From the NCBI GenBank assembly GCA_964016885.1, contig OZ024757.1, positions 5,456,001 to 5,520,000 of the forward strand: a DNA stretch of 64,000 nt. The letters run 5' to 3'. This document shows positions 12,944-26,879 of this stretch, piece by piece; the stretch's first letter is position 1, and every line of letters begins with the position of its first letter. The DNA comes from Eledone cirrhosa. Taxonomy: Eukaryota. The position numbers and the translations under genes were made by a program. Below the pieces are notes generated by a model. That model was not told where the DNA came from, searched no databases, and saw only the letters and a program-made list of their open reading frames with translations.

Positions 12944-14769
12944 CAGATCCACAAACATATAATATATACAAAGCAGGTAATACACACATCTAGGCCCACA
13001 TACAACACAGAGACAGGTTATACATACATCTAGGACTACATACAACACACAAGCAGGTAATACACACATCTAGGACCACATACAACACATAACCAGGTAA
13101 TACATACATCTAGGACCACATACAACACACAAGCAGGTAATACATACATCTAGGACCACATACAACACAGAAACAGGTAATACACACATCTAGGACCACA
13201 TACAACACACAAGCAGGTAATACACACATCTAGGACCACGTACAACACACAACCAGGTAATACACACATCTAGGATCACATACAACACACAAGCAGGTAA
13301 TACATACATCTAGGACCACATACAACACACAAGCAGGTAATACACACATCTAGGACCACATACAACACACAAGCAGGTAATACACACATCTAGGACCACA
13401 TACAACACACAAGCAGGTAATACATACATCTAGGACTACATACAACACACAAGCAGGTAATACATACATCTAGGACCACATACAACACACAAGCAGGTAA
13501 TACATACATCTAGGACTACATACAACACACAAGCAGGTAATACATACATCTAGGACCACATACAACACACAAGCAGGTAATACATACATCTAGGACCACA
13601 TACAACACACAAGCAGGTAATACATACATCTAGGACTACATACAACACATAACCAGGTAATACACACATCTAGGACCACATATAACACACAGGCAGGTAA
13701 TACACACATCTAGGACCACATACAACACATAACCAGGTAATACATACATCTAGGACTACATACAACACATAACCAGGTAATACACACATCTAGGACCACA
13801 TATAACACACAGGCATGTAATACACACATCTAGGACCACATACAACACATAATCAGGTAATACATACATCTAGGACCACATACAACACACAAGCAGGTAA
13901 TACATAGATCTAGGACCACATACAACACACAAGCAGGTAATACATAGATCTAGGACCACATACAACACACAAGCAGGTAATACATACATCTAGGACCACA
14001 TAAAACACACAGGCAGGTAATACATACATCTAGGGCCACATACAATACACAAGCAGGTAATATATACATCTAGGACCACATACAACACACAAGCAGGTAA
14101 TACATACATCTAGGACCACATACAACACAGAAACAGGTAATACATACATCTAGGACCACATACAACACACAAGCAGATAATACACACATCTATGACCACA
14201 TACGACACACAAGCAGGTAATACATACATCTAGGACCACATACAACACACAACCAGGTAATACATACATCTAGGACCACATACAACACACAGGCAGGTAA
14301 TACATACATCTAGGACCACATACAACACACAAGCAGGTAATACACACATCTAGGACCACATACAACACATAACCAGGTAATACACACATCTAGGACCACA
14401 TACAACACACAAGCAGGTAATACACACATCTAGGACCACATACAACACACAAGCAGGTAATACACACATCTAGGACCACATATAACACACAAGCAGGTAA
14501 TACATACATCTTTGACCACATACAACACACAATCAGGTAATACATACATCTAGGACCACATACAACACACAAGCAGGTAATACATACATCTAGGACCACA
14601 TACAACACACAAGCAGGTAATACATACATCTAGGACCACATACAACATACAAGCAGGTAATACATACATCTAGGACCACATACAACACACAAGCAGGTAA
14701 TACATACATCTAGGACCACATACAACACACAGGCAGGTAATACATACATCTTTGACCACATACAACACA
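12944..14769. repeat. 40-bp minisatellite (about 45 copies) flanked by 111-bp direct repeats
   Basis: Unit aagcaggtaatacatacatctaggaccacatacaacacac; flanks 12833-12943 and 14770-14880 differ at 2 positions. Confidence 0.95.
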
Positions 14770-14997
14770 CCAGGTTGCTGTTGCTGAAAAGACTGCTCAC
14801 CTAGAAAAGGAGTCATTCAAGTTTAAAAGGATGCAGGTAGGCCTTATTTCATCAACTGCTCACATGTCTTGAAGCTGATTGGGGAAGAGGTATTGGTTTC
14901 TGATTTAGGCACAAAACCAGCAATTTGGGGAGATGGGGTAAGTTGATTAACCCTTTAGTGTTCAAAACGGCCAGAATCGGCCAAAATTATTTCCCAT

Positions 14998-16157
14998 TTC
15001 ATCATTTCATCATCATCTTCGTTTAACGTCCATCTTCCACGCTAGCATGGGTTAGACGGGAGTTGTCCCACTTGAGGCAAGGTTGGTCGTCTCGCTCGTA
15101 TAGGACTATCTGGCAGGTTTTCTACGGCTGGATGCCCTTCCTAACACCAACCACGTTTACAGTGTGGAACTGGGAACTTATTACTGTGTTACCTACACGG
15201 CCACATTACAGCGTGGACTGTGTGTTTTTTGTCATGACACCTACACGATCTCGATCTCATTATCTCATTTATTTGGGCTGGATGTTGTAGTACCAACTTA
15301 ATAGAGAGAGGGTGGTGTTGGTGGGAGTGGGAGGATAGGGTAGGGGTAGTGGATTGGGGTGTATATTTGGTTAATTAGGTGCCTACTGACTGTATGTTTC
15401 GCTTTGGACATAGGCAAGGCGGGTCTTCTGTATTACTGTGTAGCGCCAAAACTCCCGGTCCAGTGATATTGTCTTAGAGAGGTGCAAGTGTGTAAGGTAG
15501 GAATTTATCGGATCATCCCAGGTTTTTCTGGGTCTACCTACTCCGTAACTACCATCAATTTTGATCGCCCTGCACTTTTTTATCCAGCTGTCGTCTTTCA
15601 TGCGCATCACGTGACCATACCAACGTAGTTTTCTCTCAAGTAAACAGCATCTGATCCCTCTTATTCCTAATTTCTCACTTAGTTAATTTATGCTTTGCCG
15701 TTCACGTATATTACTATTACACATCCAGCGGAGCATGCAAGCTTCGTTCCTTTCCAGTCTACGCAGGTCCTCTGCACTCAATGCCCAAGTCTCACTGCCA
15801 TTTAGCATTGCTGTTCGTATGCAGGCATCATACAATTTGCCTTTCATTTTTAGAGAGAAACCTTTTGTGGCCAACAGCGGTTTCAGCTCTCTGAACTCTT
15901 TCCATCCCGTTCTGACTCTGGCTACTGTACTTTCAGAGCACCCTCCACCACTGTTGATTTTGTCACCCAGGTAACGGAAGGTGTCTCCTATTTCTATAGA
16001 ATCATCTTGGCAATAGAACGAGCTAGTATCCTGTGGGCACTTGCTACTTATTGCACCTGAGCATCGGCTACATATAAAGTCTACATTCTTAGATAGTTTA
16101 CCTGTGATCCCACTACATCTTTTATGTTATGTACCCATAATTTGCATTTGGGACATA
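14998..16157 (-). mobile_element. 5'-truncated RTE LINE inserted in a piggyBac-type MITE
   Basis: KLYDACIRTAMLNGSETW, GVGRPRKTW, 3' UTR and (cat)n tail. The MITE start ttaaccctttag at ~14947 resumes after 16157. Confidence 0.88.
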
Positions 16158-16369
16158 TTTGTTCAAATCAGTCAAAACTGGCCAACATGACTCACACTAA
16201 AATATTGTTCTAAAAATAAACCATACCGTCATCAATTCGAGATTACTGAGGTGTTAAGCCTTTAGTGTGAAAATTAACACTTAATATAGTGAAACTACTT
16301 CAAAACAACGCATGTTTTGTAATGTTGAAAGTACAACAGATTTTATCTGTGTATGAACATTTAAAATAG

Positions 16370-19300
16370 ATGGTCTTATTTGATAGAACCAAAGCTGGTT
16401 TTGGCTGGGTTGGTAACTAAAGGGTTAAATAGGAACTCTTTAAAATGGGTGGTTTTATTTGATAGAACCAGAGCTGGTTTTGGCTGGGTTGGTAACTAAA
16501 GGGTTTAATAGGAAATCTTTAAAATGCCAAATGGGTGGTTTTATTTGATCGAACCAGAGTTGATTTTGGCTGGGTTGGTAACTAAAGGGTTTAATAGGAA
16601 CTCTTTAAAATCGGAAATGGGTGGTTTTATTTGATAGAACCAGAGCTGGTTTTAGCTGGGTTGGTAACTAAAGGGTTAAATAGGAACTCTTTAAACAGGG
16701 TGGTCTTATTTGATAGAACCAGAGCTGGGTTGGTAACTAAAGGGGTAAAATAGGAACTCTTTAAAATGGGTAGTTTTATTTGATAGAACCAGAGCTGGTT
16801 TAGGCTGGGTTGGTAACTAACGGGTTTAATAGGAACTCTTTAAAATGGGTGGTCTTGTTTGATAGAACCAGAGCTGGGTTGGTAACTACAGGAGTAAATA
16901 GGAACTCTTTAAAATGGGTGGTTTTATTTGATAGAACCAGAGCTGGTTTTGACTGGGTTGGTAACTAAAGGGTTAAATAGGAACTCTTTAAAATGGGTGG
17001 TTTTATTAAATAAAACCAGAGCTGGTTTTGGCTGGGTTGGTGACTAAAGGGTTAAATAGGAACTCTTTAAAATGGGAAATGGGTGGTCTTATTTGATAGA
17101 ACCAGAGCTGGTTTTGGCTGGGTTGGTAACTAAAGGGTTAAATAGGAACTCTTTAAAATGGGTGGTTTTCTTAAATAAAACCAGAGCTGGTTTTGGCTGG
17201 GTTGGTAACTAAAGGGTTAAATAGGAACTCTTTAAAATGGGAAATGGGTGGTCTTACTTGATAGAACCAAAGCTGATTTTGGCTAGGCTGGTAACTAAAC
17301 GGTTAAATAGGAACTCTTTAAAATGGGTGGTTTTATTTGCTAGAACCAGAGCTGGTTTTAGCCAAGTTGGTAACTAAAGGGTTAAATAGGAACTCTTTAA
17401 AAAGGGTGGTCTTATTTGATAGAACCAGAGCTGGGTTGGTAACTAAAGGGGTAAATAGGAACTCTTTAAAATGGGTAGTTTTATTTGATAGAACCAGAGC
17501 TGGTTTTGGCTGGGTTGGTAACTAAAGGGTTAAATAGGAACTCTTTAAAATGGGTGGTCTTGTTTGATAGAACCAGAGCTGGTTTTGGCTGGGTTGGTAA
17601 CTAAAGGGTTAAAGAGGAACTCTTTAAAATGGGAAATGGGTGATACTATTTGATAGAACCAGAGCTGATTTTGGCTGGGTTGGTAACTAAAGGGTTAAAT
17701 AGGAACTCATTAAAATGCGAAATGGGTGGTTTTATTTGATAGAACCAGGGCTGGTTTTGGCTGGGTTGGTAACTAAAGGGTTTAATAGGAACTCTTTAAA
17801 ATCTTAAATGGGTGGTTTTATTTGATAGAACTAGAGCTGGTTTTAGCTTGGTTGGTAACTAAAGGGTTAAATAGGAACTCTTTAAACAGGGTGGTCTTGT
17901 TTGATAGAACCAGAGCTGGGTTGGTAACTAAAGGGTTAAATAGGAACTCTTTAAAATGGGCGGTTTTATTAAATAAAACCAGAGCTGGTTTTGGCTGGGT
18001 TGGTGACTAAAGGGTTAAAGAGGAACTCTTTAAAATGGGAAATGGGTGATCCTATTTGATAGAACCAGAGCTGGTTTGGGCTGGGTTGGTGACGAAAGGG
18101 TTAAATAGGAACTCTTTAAAATGGGAAATGGGTGGTCTTATTTGATAGAACCAGAGCTGGTTTTGGCTGGGTTGGTAACTAAAGGGTTTAATAGGAACTC
18201 TTTAAAATGGGTGGTTTTATTTGATAGAATCAAAGCTGGTTTGGGCTGGGTTGGTAACTAAAGGGTTTAATAGGAACTCTTTAAAATGGGTGGTTTTATT
18301 TGATCGAACCAGAGCTGGTTTTGGCTGGGTTGGTAACTAAAGGGTTAAAGAGGAACTCTTTAAAATGGGAAATGGGTGATACTATTTGATAGAACCAGAG
18401 CTGGTTTGGGCTAGGTTGGTGACGAAAGGGTTAAATAGGAACTCTTTAAAACGGGAAATGGGTGGTTTTATTTGATAGAACCAGAGCTGATTTTGGCTGG
18501 GTTGGTAACAAGGGTTTAATAGGAACTCTTTAAAATGGGTGGTCTTATTTGATAGAACCAGAGCTGGGCTGGTAACTAAAGGGTTAAATAGGAACTCTTT
18601 AAAAAGGGAAATGGGTGATCTTATTTGATAGAACCAGAGCTGGTTTTGGCTGGGTTGGTAACTAAAGGGTTAAAGAGGAACTCTTTAAAATGGGAAATGG
18701 GTGATACTATTTGATAGAACCAGAGCTGGTTTTGACTGGGTTGGTGAAGAAAGGGTTAAATAGGAACTCTTTAAAATGGGAAATGGGTGGTCTTATTTGA
18801 TAGAACCAGAGCTGGTTTTGGCTGGGTTGGTAACTAAAGGGTTTAATAGGAACTCTTTAAAATGGGTGGTTTTATTTGATAGAATCAGAGCTGGTTTGGG
18901 CTGGGTTGGTAACTAAAGGGTTTAATAGGAACTCTTTAAAATGGGTGGTCTTATTTGATCGAACCAGAGCTGGTTTTGGCTGGGTTGGTAACTAAAGGGT
19001 TAAAGAGGAACTCTTTAAAATGGGAAATGGGTGATACTATTTGATAGAACCAGAGCTGGTTTGGGCTAGGTTGGTGACGAAAGGGTTAAATAGGAACTCT
19101 TTAAAATGGGAAATGGGTGGTTTTATTTGATAGAACCAGAGCTGATTTTGGCTGGGTTGGTAACAAGGGTTTAATAGGAACTCTTTAAAATGGGTGGTCT
19201 TATTTGATAGAACCAGAGCTGGGCTGGTAACTAAAGGGTTAAATAGGAACTCTTTAAAAAGGGAAATGGGTGATCTTATTTGATAGAACCAGAGCTGGTT

Positions 19301-20303
19301 TTGGCTGGGTTGGTAACTAAAGGGTTAAAGAGGAACTCTTTAAAATGGGAAATGGGTGATACTATTTGATAGAACCAGAGCTGGGTTGGTGAAGAAAGGG
19401 TTTAATAGGAACTCTTTAAAATCGGAAATGGGTGGTCTTATTTGGTAGAACCAGAGCTGGTTTTAGCTGGATTGGTAACTAAAGGGTTAAATAGGAACTC
19501 TTTAAAATCGGAAATGGGTGTCCTTATTTGATAGAACCAGAGCTGGTTTTGGCTGGGTTGGTAACTAAAGGGTTTAATAGGAACTCTTTAAAATCGGAAA
19601 TGGGTGGTCTTATTTGGTAGAACCAGAGCTGGTTTTAGCTGGATTGGTAACTAAAGGGTTAAATAGGAACTCTTTAAAATCGGAAATGGGTGTCCTTATT
19701 TGATAGTACCAGAGCTGGTTTTGGCTGGGTTGGTAACTAAAGGGTTTAATAGGAACTCTTTAAAATCGGAAATGGGTGGTCTTATTTGGTAGAACCAGAG
19801 CTGGTTTTAGCTGGATTGGTAACTAAAGGGTTAAATAGGAACTCTTTAAAATCGGAAATGGGTGTCCTTATTTGATAGAACCAGAGCTGGTTTTGGCTGG
19901 GTTGGTAACTAAAGGGTTTAATAGGAACTCTTTAAAATCGGAAATGGGTGGTCTTATTTGGTAGAACCAGAGCTGGTTTTAGCTGGATTGGTAACTAAAG
20001 GGTTAAATAGGAACTCTTTAAAATCGGAAATGGGTGTCCTTATTTGATAGTACCAGAGCTGGTTTTGGCTGGGTTGGTAACTAAAGGGTTTAATAGGAAC
20101 TCTTTAAAATGGGAAATGGGTGGTTTTATTTGATAGAACCAGAGCTGATTTTGGCTGGGTTGGTAACTAAAGGATTAAATAGGAACTCTTTAAAATGGGT
20201 GGTTTTATTTGATAGAACCAGAGCTGGTTTTGGCTGGGTTGGTAACTAAAGGGTTCAATAGGAACTCTTTAAAATCGGAAATGGGTGGTTTTATTTGATA
20301 GAA
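16370..20303. repeat. Satellite of 69/79/86-bp units (about 49 copies) derived from a piggyBac-type MITE terminus
   Basis: Unit atttgatagaaccagagctggttttggctgggttggtaactaaagggttaaataggaactctttaaaatgggtggtttt; a monomer lies at 37894-37982. Confidence 0.93.
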
Positions 20304-20380
20304 GAAGTGGTGGATTTCGGCAAGCTTTTATATAATGAGTTAAAGTAGTTGTAAATCAAATTATATTGATTATCTCGCAG

Positions 20381-20482
20381 GAGGAGGTAGCAAGCCTTCG
20401 ACGAAAACTCGAACGTTCAAAGAAAATAGAAATGGCTGGTGCTGCTGATGAGGTTCTAATGGAGGAAATTAAAGAGTACAAG
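20381..20482 (+). CDS. Bre1: Bre1 penultimate exon
   Basis: tcgcag|GAG...AAG|gtaagt; 102 nt; EEVASLRRKLERSKKIEMAGAADEVLMEEIKEYK. Not in the ORF track. Confidence 0.95.
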
Positions 20483-20561
20483 GTAAGTTTGAGGCTGTTG
20501 TTCAGCGTAAATATAATTTTCACTTGATTGGTGTTGGTGGTGTTGTTGAGGTTAGACTTCT

Positions 20562-20903
20562 TTAACCTTTCAGCATTTAAACTGACCATATTTGGCCAGA
20601 ATTCTCTCACCTCTTTCTGTTCAAATCAGCTCTAACTGACCACTCATACTGATGTTAAGGTATTGTTCTCAAAATATATAACATCAAGGTAAAGCCTTTA
20701 CTGTGAAAATACAATAGTATATATAGAGTAATGTAAATGTTATGTGAGATATTATGTGAGGTAAAGCCTTTACTGTGAAAATACAATAGTATATACAGAG
20801 TAATGTAAATGTTATGTGAGATATTATGTGAGGTAAAGCCTTTACTGTGAAAATACAATAGTATATACAGAGTAATGTAAATGTTATGTGAGGTAAAGCC
20901 TTT
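20562..20903 (-). mobile_element. piggyBac-type MITE with a tandemly triplicated subterminal segment
   Basis: Starts ttaacctttcagcattt and is the reverse complement of MITE 37674-37903; aggtaaagcctttactgtgaaaatac repeats with ~60-72-bp period. Confidence 0.7.
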
Positions 20904-20904
20904 A

Positions 20905-22118
20905 TGCTTCACTACCATGCAGCAACACGCATCTCACACAGAGATCATATAACCGGCCTTTTGTTCGTAGGGAAAAACCCTTTGGAAACCCTTCTTCCAA
21001 CCTGTCCTTATTGTAGATACTATGGCATTGGAACACCCCCCTCCTCCCATGCTAATCTGATCTCCTAGGTACCGGAAGCTATCAACCACTTTATAGCGCC
21101 CACCTGCATTTGAAAAATGTGGCTATCACTGTGACCTCTACTATCAAATTTCCTTGAACATCTACTGCATATGTAGTTTTCCTTACTTGTTAGTTTGCCT
21201 GCTATCCCGCTACATCTCTTGTGTACCCAGGATCTGCATTGTGTGCATTTTATAGAATTTATACCAGTTCCTTTTCTGCATATCGAACATGGCCATTTCC
21301 TTGACGGAATCAGAGTTTTGTCCTCTTTTCTACTCATCAACACTTTTGTCTTAGCTAGGTTCACCCTCAGTCCTCTTGCTTCCAACTGCTGTTTCCATAG
21401 CCAGAATTTATTCTCTATCTCCTTTACTGATTCTGCTATAAGAACCAGATCGTCAGCATAGAGAAGTTCCCATGGACAGCCAGTCTTAAACTCCTCTGTT
21501 ATGGCTTGGAGGACTATAATGAACAAGAGCGGGCTGAGGACCGAACCCTGATGTACTCCTACTTGTATCTGGAATTCCTCACTAAACTCCATTCCTACCC
21601 TGACTTTACTGAGAGTACCTCTGTACATAGCTTGCACTGTCCTCATAAGCCATTCCTCTACACCTAGTTTCCTTAGGGACCACCAGATGACAGATCGAGG
21701 TACCCTATCAAAGGCCTTCTCTAAGTCAACAAAAGCTAAGTATAGTGACTTATTCTTCTCTAAGAACCTGTCTTATAATTGTCTCACTAAGAAGAGGGCA
21801 TCTGTTGTACTTTTCTGAGGCACAAAACCAAACTGCATCTCATCTAATTTGACCCTTTCTCTAATCAGTTGCACTAATATTCTCTCTGTCACTTTCATAA
21901 CCTGATCCATCAGTTTTATGCCCCTATAATTGCTCCTCTCCAGAGCATCCCCTTTACCTTTGTACCAATTTATGAGAATACTGCTGCACCAGTCTTTGGG
22001 TATGACACCACCATATATAGCCTGATTGATGATGCGTGCAACCAGTTTAGTGCCTACGTCCCCTGATGCCTTCAGCATCTCAGCAACTATTCCCGACGGT
22101 CCAGCGGCCTTACCATTT
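20905..22118 (-). mobile_element. RTE LINE reverse-transcriptase fragment with stops
   Basis: YKGKGDALERSNYRGIKL, QFGF, GVHQGSVLSPLLF, LLYADD, and a PHD-like CSIC...CTQC..WVHKRC. Confidence 0.92.
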
Positions 22119-22152
22119 TAAAAATATTTTTTCTCTCTCTCTTCCTATGTAG

Positions 22153-22329
22153 GAACAACTGACCTGTCCATCCTGTAAGGTGAAACGTAAGGATGCTGTG
22201 CTGACCAAGTGTTTCCACGTATTTTGTCTAGAGTGTTTGAAGACACGCTATGAAACTCGTCAACGTAAATGTCCCAAGTGCAATGCTGGATTTGGGGCCA
22301 ATGATTATCATCGATTATATCTAACCTAA
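22153..22329 (+). CDS. Bre1: Bre1 last coding exon, C3HC4 RING domain
   Basis: Pyrimidine tract, tgtag|GAA; [58 protein letters not shown]. Not in the ORF track. Confidence 0.97.
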   Translation, partial: EQLTCPSCKVKRKDAVLTKCFHVFCLECLKTRYETRQRKCPKCNAGFGANDYHRLYLT

Positions 22330-22505
22330 ACAATCATTCACTCACGACCATTGATATCTTTTAAAAGGGGTCAAATGAACATAGTATTCCATTTTCCTTG
22401 TGGCAAGCTATTGTTGAATGCTGAGGTTTGTGTGAAGGTTTGTGTATTTTGTGTCTCTCCTTTATTCTGTCCTACACCATCTTGTAGATGGTGTAGGACA
22501 GAACA

Positions 22506-22696
22506 AATAAAAACCCAGTCATTGAGGAGATCACAGAATGTGTGACAAAAGAAGCACATGCACAAATTAAGCACACAGCACACAAAATTAAAAAAATAGT
22601 CACTGAGGAGGTCACAGAATGTGTGACGAAAGAGCCTTGTCAATATATAAACAACTTTCAGGTTATCAAACCAACCAACTGGAAATTTTTAATAAA
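22506..22696 (+). promoter_or_regulatory. Candidate Bre1 poly(A) signals (AATAAA at 22506 and 22691)
   Basis: Hexamers 180-360 nt after the stop codon; usage unverified. Confidence 0.3.
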
Positions 22697-22760
22697 TTGA
22701 AGTGAAAACCAACAGGTGCATGTGTTTTTATTGGCAGCATGACCTTTCCAAAGTATAATA

Positions 22761-23643
<883 letters not shown>

Positions 23644-23649
23644 TATATA

Positions 23650-25868
23650 TCATCATCATCATCATCATATGTCCATCTTCCACGCTAGCATGTGTTAGAT
23701 GGTTTTGTTCCATTTGATGCAGGGAATGGTTGGGAGACTGTGCCTCGCTCTCAAGGAAGCGTCTCTGGCAGGTTTTCTACGGCAAAGATTGGTTGAGGCA
23801 AGATTGGTTGTCTTGCTCGCATAGGACTGTCTGGCGAGTTTTCTACGGCTGGATGCCCTTCCTAACACCAACCACATTTACAGCGTGGACTGTGTTTTTT
23901 TTGTCGTGACACCTACATGACCTCATTTATTTCGGACTGGATGTTGTGGTACCAACATAACTTTACATTGAAAGGGGTGGTCTGGATGGGGTGGGGGTCG
24001 TGGGACGGGGTGTGTTTTTGTTAGAGGTGCCTACTGACAGTAGTAGGTTTCGCTTTGTACTTAGGCAAGGCAGGTCTTCTGTATTACTGTGTAGCGCCAA
24101 AGATCTCGGTCCAGTGACATTGTCTTGGAGAGGTGTAAGTGTGTGAGGTCGGAATTTATCAAGTCATCCCAGGTTTTTCTGGGTCTGCCTACTCCGTGGC
24201 TACCGTCTATTTTTATTGCCCTGCACGTTTTTATACAGCTGTCGTCTTTCATGCGCATCACGTGACCGTACCAACGTAGTCTTCTCTCGAGTAAACAACA
24301 TCTGATCCCTCTTATTTCTAATTTTTCCCTTAGTTCGTTTATCCTTTGCCGTTCACGTATATTACTATATTACTCTCCAGTCTGCGTATATTCTCTGCAC
24401 ACAATGCCCAGGTCTCACTGCCATGTAACATTGTTGTTCGTATGCAGGCATCATACAGCCTGCCTTTCATTTTTAGAGAGAACCCTTTAGCGGCTAATAG
24501 TGGTATAAGCTCTCTGAACTTTTTCTATCCAGTTCTGACTCTAGCTACTGTACGTTCAGAGCACTCTCCCCCACTGCTGATTTTGTCACCCAGGTAACGG
24601 AAGCTGTCCACTATTTCTATAGAACCATCTGTGCAATGGAATGAGCTAGTATTCTGTGGGCACTTGCTGCTACTTATTGCACCAGAGCACCGGCCACATA
24701 TAAAATCTATGTTCTTAGTTAGCTTACATGTGATCCCACTACATCTTTTATGCACCCATACTTTGCATTTGGGACATAAAATGGAGTTTCTACCTACTCC
24801 TTTCCTACACACTGAGCATGGGCATTTCCCGGATGGGACCGGTGCCCTATTTTCCTTCCTACAAACTAGAACTTTAATCTTAGACAGGTTAATTTTAAGG
24901 CCTTTTGATTCTAGGCCATGCTTCCATGTTTGGAATTTCTTCTCTAGTTCGGCCATTGATTCACCTATGAGCGTTAGATCATCTGCGTATAGGAGTTCCC
25001 ATGGGCAGCCGGTCTTGAACTCCACTGTTATAGCCTGAAGGGCAATAATAAATAGTAGGGGGCTAAGAACGGAGCTGACTGTGTCTTTATACATGGCTTG
25101 TATAGCTCTCACAAGCCATTCATCAACACCTAGTTTTCTAAGAGCCCACCAGATAATGGAATGGGGGACTGTCGATGGCTTTCTCCAAGTCGACAAAAGT
25201 TAAGTATAGGGGTTTACTTTTAGCTAGGTACTTCTCCTGTAGTTGTCGTACAATGAAAAGAGCGTCTGTGGTACTTTTGCCTGACACAAACCCGAACTGC
25301 ATTTCATCTAGATCAATTCTCTCTCTGATTAGTTGCGCTATTACTTTTTCTGTGACCTTCATGACCTGGTCGATTAATTTAATGCCTCTATAGTTACTCC
25401 TATCTAGGGCATCTCCTTTACCCTTGTAGCAGTTAATGATGATGCTGCTACGCCAGTCCTTCGGAACAACCCCATTCTGTATGACTTGGTTTACTATCCG
25501 GGTGACCATGGTGTGTCCCACCGTTTTCAGAGGCTCTCAGCATCTCAGCAACTATTTCCGAAGGCCCAGCCGCCTTACCCGTCTTCATATCCTTGATTGC
25601 CTTACTTATTATACTACCCTCGACTAACACTGCTGATCCCTCTATTGGGTCGATGTGGGGGAGACTGTCTTTCTCCCATTTATTCTCCTCATTTAGTAGC
25701 CTTTCGTAGTGACACTTCCAAGCTACCTTCTTATCAGCGTCAGTGATGGCAAGTACACCATCATCATTAAGGACACACTTCTCCCCGACAATATCATGGT
25801 TTTCCTTGACACATTGCCTAGCAATCCTGAACACCTCACGTTTTTGTTCCTCGCGTTGTAGAACATGC
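23650..25868 (-). mobile_element. 5'-truncated degenerate RTE LINE
   Basis: NYRGIKLIDQVMK, FVDLEKA, LLYADD, PHD-like Cys region, 3' UTR and (cat)n tail. Confidence 0.92.
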
Positions 25869-26474
25869 ACACACATTCACTTAAGCACATGCACCCACAT
25901 TCACTTAAGCACATGCACACACATTCACTTAAACACATGCACACACATTCACTTAAAAACATGTGCACACTCACAGATTCATATGTACACTGTTAGTTGA
26001 ATAGATTACCCAAGTTCCTATCCTTTCACCATTCAAGCTTTGTTTGATGTTTCAAGAATTTCAAGTTCTCACAAGTTTAGATATCTGTCTAAATATATAT
26101 AAGTATCATTTAAATTCCAACAATATGGTAAGGGAATGGCAAGGAGTGTTCTGTAGCACTTTTGATAAGTTAATCAACCCTTAACTCCTGTTAGAGTCGT
26201 AGGGGCATTTGGGCATTCATGCATTTAAAACTGGTGGAACTCATCTCTTTCTGAAGCGTTTCTGCTGTTTGGTCAACAGAATAGCCTACTTATTAGATTA
26301 GCATATGAGTGGCTGAGTATTCCACAGATACATATGGAATACCCTTTATGTAATTCTCAAACATTCAGCGTGCTACAATGTGTGACAAGGCTGACCCTTT
26401 GAACTACAGGTACATTCCATCTGGCAGTCTTCTACACAGTTTCCATCAACCTGATTTCATTCGCAAGGCTTGGG

Positions 26475-26879
26475 TTAACCCTTTAGCATTTACATTACTC
26501 TATATTTAGCATTATATTTTCACAGTAAACGTTTTACCTCACATAATTAACTCACATAATATTGAATCTATAAGATTTTGATATTATTTATTTTGAGAAG
26601 GGGCGGTGGATTGGCAGTATCGGTAGAGGGTCGGACACCATGCTTTGACGCATAGAGTTACGGCCCTTGCCATTCTGTGTTCAAATCTCGCCGAGGTTAA
26701 CTTTGCCTTTCATCCTTACGGGGTCGATAAAATAAAGTACCAGTAATGTACTGGGTAATTGCTGGCCTTGTGCCAATAGTAGAAACAATTATTTATTTTG
26801 AGAACAATACCTTAACATCAGTATGAGTGGCTGGTTACAGCTGGTTTGACCAAAAAGAGGTGAGAGAATAATGGGTTAA
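26475..26879 (+). mobile_element. piggyBac-type MITE (TTAA flanks) carrying a SINE insertion
   Basis: ttaa-ccctttagcattt...ggg-ttaa; matches MITE 37674-37903 once the SINE is removed. Confidence 0.8.
26600..26787 (+). mobile_element. tRNA-derived SINE with 17-bp TSD
   Basis: TSD attatttattttgagaa at 26583-26599 and 26788-26804. Confidence 0.9.

Noticed and set aside
12944-20303. CRISPR-like regular repeats
   Set aside because: Head-to-tail units with no unique spacers, no cas genes, and a eukaryotic intron context.
22515-22630. Two ~30-bp direct repeats in the Bre1 3' UTR
   Set aside because: A simple local duplication with no evidence of function.
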